Assembly (NCBI GenBank): GCA_965660655.1
Contig: CBFIAW010000002.1
Location: forward strand, 1 to 59,201
Direction: 5' to 3'
Source of the DNA: Candidatus Thalassarchaeaceae archaeon
GTDB taxonomy: Archaea > Thermoplasmatota > Poseidoniia > Poseidoniales > Thalassarchaeaceae
Length of the DNA stretch: 59,201 nt
Below are positions 53,980 to 59,201 of the stretch, piece after piece. How positions within the stretch are numbered: the stretch's first letter is position 1; each line of letters begins with the position of its first letter. Below the pieces are notes generated by a model. The model made no database searches. It saw nothing but the letters and a program-made list of their open reading frames with translations, and was not told the origin of the DNA. A program made the position numbers and the translations under genes.

Positions 53980-55209
53980 TTGGCTAAGTGTTACGACCGA
54001 TGTTATGAAAAGTCACTGCTCGCGTTCGGTCACGTGGCGGACGCTGTATCCCTCATTATCATCGTGCTTATTCTACTAGCGACGTTCAACGGCTTGTTCA
54101 GAATAATGCGTTCTCAGTCGAGGAGAACTATACTTCCCTCAACAAGAAGGAATGTTCCGGATTCGATACTAGCTGGAGTGGCTTCTAGGAGAAGAGGAGT
54201 AAGGGGTAGGGACCGATCGGGAAGCCCCACGGTTGCAGGCTCTCTCGGCGAGGGGTCGGAGGCTATTGGCGCGGGAGTTCAAGAGGCTGAGATTTCTTCG
54301 AAGGGAGCTTCTGCTCTCGAGAAGAGGCTGGAGAGAGAGGGTGCAAAGAGGGGTTCTGTTCAGATTAGTCTGATGTGGGACAACTGGAATGATCTCGACC
54401 TTCACGTAATTACTCCATCTGGGGAACACATCTACCACGACAACAGGAATTCTACTTGCGGAGGTGAGTTGGATATCGACATGAACTTCAAGCCCACCTC
54501 AAAGTCTCCTGTGGAGAATATCGTTTGGACCAACTCCCCTCCACCAGGGGTATACAGAGTTGGAGTAAGGCACTACAAAATTCACACAAGAGGAATCTTC
54601 TCGTGGGTTCCTTTCCTATCTAGGATTCATCGAAAGAATTCTACGGATTTCACAGTGAGCCTCACCATTGGCGATAGTAAGCGATTCTACGAGGGATCAA
54701 TGGTCAAGGGCAATGACTTGCAGTTCGTGGCTAAGTTCGCTATAGCGGGCCCTGATGGAGAGGTCCCCGAACTAACGGTGAGTGAACAAGATGAAGAGGG
54801 GGAGGAGGATTTCACTGAAGCCAGAGACGTCGATACCCTACGCAGGCGTGTTGGAACGGTGCAAGATGGCGTTTCAGTCAACCTCAGCTGGGAAGGAAAG
54901 GGTGACTTGGGCTTGTCGGTTGTTGATTCAAATGGCGACCAGTTGTCCTTCTTCAATCCCGAAGGATTGGGAGGCGGTTCCTTCGACTTAGAGGGCTTCG
55001 AGCCTAAATCTGGAAGCAGATCGATTAGTTGGGACTCGAGCCCCCCAAATGGCTCATATTCAATTGTTGTAAGGCATTTCGAGGCCGAAGAAGATACGGG
55101 AGAAATTGGTTTCAGTGTGGTCGTAAACAACCGAGGGGAATCCGAGGAGTTCTCAGGGGTGGCTCAACCCGATGGTTCCAGTGTGGAAGTTGGGTCTTTC
55201 GAAGTCTAG
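53980..55209 (+). CDS. Membrane-anchored protein with two DUF2135/YfaP-like domains
   Basis: N-terminal TM is [18 protein letters not shown], followed by an Arg-rich stretch. Domain 1 is [39 protein letters not shown]....PVENIVW...[12 protein letters not shown]. Domain 2 is [42 protein letters not shown]......[23 protein letters not shown] at 53980 or GTG at 54034. Confidence 0.55.
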   Translation: MAKCYDRCYEKSLLAFGHVADAVSLIIIVLILLATFNGLFRIMRSQSRRTILPSTRRNVPDSILAGVASRRRGVRGRDRSGSPTVAGSLGEGSEAIGAGVQEAEISSKGASALEKRLEREGAKRGSVQISLMWDNWNDLDLHVITPSGEHIYHDNRNSTCGGELDIDMNFKPTSKSPVENIVWTNSPPPGVYRVGVRHYKIHTRGIFSWVPFLSRIHRKNSTDFTVSLTIGDSKRFYEGSMVKGNDLQFVAKFAIAGPDGEVPELTVSEQDEEGEEDFTEARDVDTLRRRVGTVQDGVSVNLSWEGKGDLGLSVVDSNGDQLSFFNPEGLGGGSFDLEGFEPKSGSRSISWDSSPPNGSYSIVVRHFEAEEDTGEIGFSVVVNNRGESEEFSGVAQPDGSSVEVGSFEV

Positions 55210-56045
55210 TCCATCGACAAGCCCTGGATGCTGAGAATTCTACTCATCCACTGAAGCTTCTCTATTTTGGTCTGTTCTTGTGTCTTTCCTGACCATCGTC
55301 CAACCACGTCCGTCCTTGTTCCAAGCATCTTGATCTGGTTCTTGCTCACACCAAGGGCTGTGAGGATGCAGGCTGCACGATCCCCGTCGGTGAAACCTCC
55401 TGGGTTGTGCATTCCGACAATCCGTTCTGAGGTCTGGTGCGTGAGTACAAGTTCAGGTGGGTTGACTTGATCTTCTGCCACGCCCAGTAGAGACTCCCAA
55501 TCCTGTCTATTGTCCCCATGCGCATGGAGGAAAATTGGGATAGCCCTTCTAACCGCCTGAATTGTTCCTTCTCCGCCGTCGGCGTCGCTTACCATGCATG
55601 CCACCCTGGACCATGCCTTTTCTGAGAGCGATCCGGGTATCTCAGAAATCACTCCTGCGGCACCATCGGCAGCAACTATCAGAATCGGTTCGGAGAGTAT
55701 ATCCAATATCTCCTCTGGCTCAATTGCGGCTCCAAGAATCGCCACCCTTGCCTTTCTGATTACTAATCTTCTGAACAGTCTCGATAGCGAAACTGCTCTG
55801 TTGTGTCTGGCCCATTTTCCCACGCTCGAGCTCTCGACCCTGAGGAGCATTGCGCGTGCACTCTCTATGTCATCGGACTCGGTCCAGCCGAAATACTCCC
55901 TGACATCCCCTTGCACATCGACGAGGGTCGACAAATATGGCGTCAAGTCATCAAGGTTTTCAGAGTACGTCATGCTCTCCAGTGGAAGGGCTCGGTAAGT
56001 ATTGAAGAACCCTCGCGGAACTCTGATGAACGTGCCTATGCCCAT
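55206..56045 (-). CDS. MptE-like 6-hydroxymethylpterin diphosphokinase family protein (DUF115)
   Basis: [30 protein letters not shown] and [11 protein letters not shown] match the DUF115/MptE motif series (aaDga / tDlDG / HaHGDN / gGftdGDRa). Confidence 0.6.
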   Translation of the reverse strand: MGIGTFIRVPRGFFNTYRALPLESMTYSENLDDLTPYLSTLVDVQGDVREYFGWTESDDIESARAMLLRVESSSVGKWARHNRAVSLSRLFRRLVIRKARVAILGAAIEPEEILDILSEPILIVAADGAAGVISEIPGSLSEKAWSRVACMVSDADGGEGTIQAVRRAIPIFLHAHGDNRQDWESLLGVAEDQVNPPELVLTHQTSERIVGMHNPGGFTDGDRAACILTALGVSKNQIKMLGTRTDVVGRWSGKTQEQTKIEKLQWMSRILSIQGLSMD

Positions 56046-57201
56046 CAGAGCTCCGGAAATCGATGATGCGGGCCTTCTGGCTCGCTATCCTTTCCTACCA
56101 CAAGGGGGCTCATTCATCAGATCGATGCTAGAGGAGAATGGGATTACTGTTGAGGACCTAATCGATGCTCCTTGGTTGGAGGATGTCAGGACAAGGGGCA
56201 TGCTGAGGCTGGTAGATTCGGTTCTACAGCAGGAGGGGGTCGGTGCTTCTTCCAGCATAGACATCTCAACAGAGGTAGGGAGGATGACTGAAGCACTCTC
56301 TTTCCTGCATGCGATGTTGATAGTATGTGCGTCCTTCGACGAGAGGCTCCTTTCAAGGTGGATTGAGGGGGAGTCTAGTAGAGCCGACAGGCTATTGGGG
56401 ATGGATTCTGACAACTTCAAACTTATTTCCTCGTCTTTCCTTTCTGGGATGGTTGTCGATGTTGATTCGGGGGGTTCTGAGGTGTACTGGATACCAATGG
56501 TCGATTTCATTGAGCTCAGTCCCAAGATTTCTGGGAAGTACTGGAGATTGGTGAACAGGCCGTTGAAGAAGGGATGGGTATGCTTGGATTCTGGTGCAGG
56601 AGAATCTGGTCGCGAGAGGGCAGCACGATTGATCAAAGAAAGAATTCGGGAGAGCCTTAGGGAGAGCTGTGAGGGAAGAATGGCCAGGATGGATGATGAA
56701 TTCGCTGCGAAGTTCGCCGACCCAGTAGAAAGGATCGCCGGGCTACTTTCCGAGAGGGTCAAGGAGGAGATGCCGATGACGGCAGCGATAAGGGACGATT
56801 GGCCGCCATGCTTCGAATCAGCGGTTTCAGAATTGAATCAGGGGGTGAACGTCAATCACGTTGGACGCGTCTTCCTAGCGGCGTTCTCTCGTTCAATTGG
56901 TCTGCCGCAGGAACAGGCCTGCAACTTCTTCGCAAATGCCCCAGACTACAACGCTGACACGACTGCATACCAAGTGAATCAGATATACGAAAGGGAGTAC
57001 ACCCCTCATGGGTGCTCGTCTCTGAAGACCAACGCAAGATGCCCGATTCAAATTGGAGAGGATCAGCTGTGTGACCAAGAATGGCTGACTCATCCGTTGA
57101 AGTACATCAGGGCTAAGCAGAGAAGGCGATTCAATTCAGATAGAGAAGAGGCGAATGAGCCTGACGATGGTTCAATTAGCAGTTCGGCCAATTCCTCATA
57201 A
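56002..57201 (+). CDS. priL: DNA primase large subunit PriL
   Basis: The Fe-S domain reads WPPCFESAVSELNQGVNVNHVGRVFLAAFSRSIGLPQEQACNFF...YQVNQIYEREYTPHGCSSLKTNARCP. Alternative starts lie at 56026 and 56035. Confidence 0.85.
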   Translation: MKNPRGTLMNVPMPIRAPEIDDAGLLARYPFLPQGGSFIRSMLEENGITVEDLIDAPWLEDVRTRGMLRLVDSVLQQEGVGASSSIDISTEVGRMTEALSFLHAMLIVCASFDERLLSRWIEGESSRADRLLGMDSDNFKLISSSFLSGMVVDVDSGGSEVYWIPMVDFIELSPKISGKYWRLVNRPLKKGWVCLDSGAGESGRERAARLIKERIRESLRESCEGRMARMDDEFAAKFADPVERIAGLLSERVKEEMPMTAAIRDDWPPCFESAVSELNQGVNVNHVGRVFLAAFSRSIGLPQEQACNFFANAPDYNADTTAYQVNQIYEREYTPHGCSSLKTNARCPIQIGEDQLCDQEWLTHPLKYIRAKQRRRFNSDREEANEPDDGSISSSANSS

Positions 57202-57239
57202 GCAGGGGCTCGCCAACTATCTCCACAGGGGGCGGGGAG

Positions 57240-58361
57240 ATAGTACGAACACTTGTCCTGACGATTGACAGAGATAACGACCTCGGGGTCAAATCTGGCA
57301 TCAGGGGGCCAGTGGTTGGAAGGAAATCCTGCCTAACGGCTGCTCTGAGGTTGGGTATTGCCGATCCAGAGGAGTCGGACACAAACGCGATACTTGGGGC
57401 GCTTCATCATCATGATAGGTTAGCCGAAGGGGCCGGTGCAAGCGATGAGGTTCAGATAGCCATTCTCACTGGGGATGTGCGAGTTGGCCCTAGAAGTGAT
57501 CGTGCCATTGCAAGCCAATTAGACGAAGTCATTCAGGATTTTCAACCCGATGCGGCTGTTCTAGTGACCGATGGCGCAGATGACGAGGCTTCACTGCCGA
57601 TTGTGACTTCCAGGGTAAGGGTGGACACCGTGGAGAAGGTTATCGTAAGACAATCGAAGGGAATCGAAGGGACTTACTACTACATTGTGAAGGCTATCGA
57701 GGATCCTAGGTTCAGATCGAGGCTGCTTGTGCCTCTTGCGATTTTCCTAATCATAATCGGACTTGGTCTAATCCTTCCGAATGGTATCGCCCTCATTGGT
57801 TCGCTCCCATTGCTGATTGGACTATGGGTATTGGGCAAAGGACTGGGATTGGAGGCACAAATGGAACGTGTCGCGATGGAGATGAGGGACAGTGCGACGG
57901 GTGGGCTTTTCTCGTCGCTGCTATGGGGTATGTCGATAGTGAGCCTGTTTCTAGCGGTGGCAACTGTATGGTCCGGCTGGGATGAACCGGTTCCCGATCA
58001 GTCTTCTCATTTCGAGCATTTGGTTGGACTTGTGGATGAGGTTCTCCAGTGGATCGTTGGAGGCGTCCTGTCGTTCTTGCTTGCACTAGGGGTGCTAAGG
58101 TGGAAGGAGGGCTCTTTCACAGGAAGGAGCGTGCTGCTCATTGGTTTGTCCGTTGTGATCTACACCTTCATCGCGGCAACGATTGACGTCGCACTACAAA
58201 TTTCGTCTGGCGAACAGTATACCCCGACTTTCGACCAATTGGGTGATGATTGGGGGCTTCCCATCCTGACTATGGTGATGTATTATCTTCTCAGGACTAT
58301 CGTGCAGTCTTTTTCCGAGGATGACGAATTGGCCCAAGGGAATCGGTTCTGGGGAGTCTGA
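57240..58361 (+). CDS. DUF373-family archaeal membrane protein (start codon unresolved)
   Basis: VRTLVLTIDRDNDLGVKSGIRGPVVGRKSCLTAALRLGIADPEESDTNAI matches the DUF373 N-terminal pattern (LV..iDRDdDLG.K.G..gPv.Gr......A..L...DPEdSD.Na), followed by 6 TM helices. The first canonical start (GTG 57312) lies inside this conserved block. The frame is open from 57180. Confidence 0.55.
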   Translation: MVRTLVLTIDRDNDLGVKSGIRGPVVGRKSCLTAALRLGIADPEESDTNAILGALHHHDRLAEGAGASDEVQIAILTGDVRVGPRSDRAIASQLDEVIQDFQPDAAVLVTDGADDEASLPIVTSRVRVDTVEKVIVRQSKGIEGTYYYIVKAIEDPRFRSRLLVPLAIFLIIIGLGLILPNGIALIGSLPLLIGLWVLGKGLGLEAQMERVAMEMRDSATGGLFSSLLWGMSIVSLFLAVATVWSGWDEPVPDQSSHFEHLVGLVDEVLQWIVGGVLSFLLALGVLRWKEGSFTGRSVLLIGLSVVIYTFIAATIDVALQISSGEQYTPTFDQLGDDWGLPILTMVMYYLLRTIVQSFSEDDELAQGNRFWGV

Positions 58362-58600
58362 TGGGAGAGGTCACGGCCTCCATAACATGGGAGGGACCTA
58401 AGGATAGGGGCGAGGCCCTCATGGCGGCAATATGTCCAGACGACCCAGAAGACTTCAGTGTGGAATTGAAGGGAGACGAGAATCTGGTGAAGTTGAGCAT
58501 TGTCGTTTCCTCTGAAGGTCTGGGTCAGTCAAGGACGTCTGTCGATGACATCCTTGCTTGCTTGGCGGCTGCTGAGGCTGGACTGGACTCCCTGGGATGA
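58361..58600 (+). CDS. pcc1: Probable KEOPS subunit Pcc1
   Basis: 79 aa. ...ALMAAICPDDPEDFSVELKGDENLVKLSIVVSSEGLGQSRTSVDDILACLAAAE fits the Pcc1 beta-beta-beta-alpha pattern (A..i..al.pe....v.l...g..L.i.i.a.d...LRa..ns.l..l). The ATG overlaps the DUF373 stop (ATGA). Confidence 0.45.
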   Translation: MGEVTASITWEGPKDRGEALMAAICPDDPEDFSVELKGDENLVKLSIVVSSEGLGQSRTSVDDILACLAAAEAGLDSLG

Positions 58601-58708
58601 TAGTTATCGGAAACTAGGACCATTCAAGGGGGGGTTTGTATTCGAACGCGCGTGAACGGGCTGCCACACGACCGATCCCATCTGCTCATCGAGTCGGGGG
58701 TCACCGGG

Positions 58709-59201
58709 ATGCCAACCGAGTTATTCCAGAAGTCAATCAATAGATGGTTGAATGCCCATTTGTCTGACGATTTTGCTTCCGACGAAGGGACTGGTGATAT
58801 TGTTGAGTCGTTAGCATACTCCAAGAGCACGGGGGTGGTGTGTGGAAAGTACCCCATTGGCATACTCATTGGGGACTTCTTTCCCACTTGCAAAATTCAT
58901 TGGCTTGTTGAGGAGGGCGAGAGGGTTTCGGTTGGGGATAGGATTCTGTCTCTGACTGGTCCCTCTACGAGTGTTCTAAGCTGCGAGAGGACACTGCTCA
59001 ACATACTTGGGAGGATGTCGGGGATAGCCACCCTTACGTCCGAATGGGTGAAAGAAGCGGGCGGAATTGGAATTGCCTGCACTAGGAAGACTGCGTGGGG
59101 GTTGATGGACAAATGGGCGGTCCACATCGGTGGTGGCCTTACACATCGACTTAGCAGGAGCGATGCGTTGATGATCAAGGAAAACGACTTGAGCGTAATT
59201 G
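58709..59201 (+). CDS. nadC: Nicotinate-nucleotide pyrophosphorylase (quinolinate phosphoribosyltransferase), 3' truncated by the window edge
   Basis: My own translation of the frame through 59081 gives ...DEGTGDIV...CERTLLNILGRMSGIATLT...ACTRKTAWGLMDKWAVHIGGGLTHRLSRSDALMIKEND. This ORF is not in the supplied track because it has no stop within the window. ATG at 58709 (or GTG at 58652). Confidence 0.85.
   Translation, partial: MPTELFQKSINRWLNAHLSDDFASDEGTGDIVESLAYSKSTGVVCGKYPIGILIGDFFPTCKIHWLVEEGERVSVGDRILSLTGPSTSVLSCERTLLNILGRMSGIATLTSEWVKEAGGIGIACTRKTAWGLMDKWAVHIGGGLTHRLSRSDALMIKENDLSVI

Noticed and set aside
1-59201. CRISPR arrays, tRNA/rRNA genes, transposases, integrases and prophage remnants
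   Set aside because: I found no regularly spaced direct repeats, no T-arm (GGTTCGAATCC-like) or cloverleaf candidates in the spacers, and no DDE, tyrosine or serine recombinase motifs in any ORF. A by-eye scan cannot exclude small RNAs such as C/D-box sRNAs.

Overview
This is a 59.2-kb archaeal chromosomal segment that is almost entirely coding, with about 55 genes. It looks euryarchaeal. It carries the DNA polymerase D large subunit, the uS13-uS4-uS11-Rpo3 cluster and primase PriL. It also has a complete euryarchaeal-order archaellum locus: two archaellins, a FlaC/D/E-position gene, flaF, flaG, flaH, flaI, flaJ and the preflagellin peptidase flaK. The gene content fits a marine heterotroph of the Marine Group II / Poseidoniales type: secreted peptidases, a giant surface protein, and bacterial-type aceE, BolA and CGFS-glutaredoxin. 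That placement is an inference I cannot verify without a search. Housekeeping genes recognised from motifs are leuS, map, tsaC/yrdC, rpe, trxA, fumC, pyrE, csaA, cyclophilin, nadC (3' partial), pantoate kinase and pcc1. I found no tRNA, rRNA, CRISPR array, transposase or integrase. The observations most worth follow-up are listed here. (1) A 710-bp gene-free convergent spacer (31074-31783) is strongly purine-skewed on the + strand. It carries an exact 17-nt direct repeat, many GGAG-type motifs and several GC hairpins, two of them with C(UUCG)G tetraloops. It is a candidate large structured ncRNA that I could not assign to a known family. (2) A 1720-aa repeat-rich surface protein with an unusual polytopic C-terminal membrane block is tightly coupled to a signal-less 360-aa partner directly upstream of the archaellins. 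It is divergently paired with a membrane protein carrying two DUF2135/YfaP-like domains. (3) A ribbon-helix-helix domain is fused in frame to class II fumarase. (4) There is a CDIN1/C15orf41-like 'TPD' PD-(D/E)XK nuclease homologue with a poly-arginine N-terminus. (5) An M32 carboxypeptidase is frameshifted. (6) A DUF373 gene has its conserved N-terminus upstream of any canonical start codon. All calls rest on reading the translations and the DNA by eye. No database search, HMM or folding program was run.
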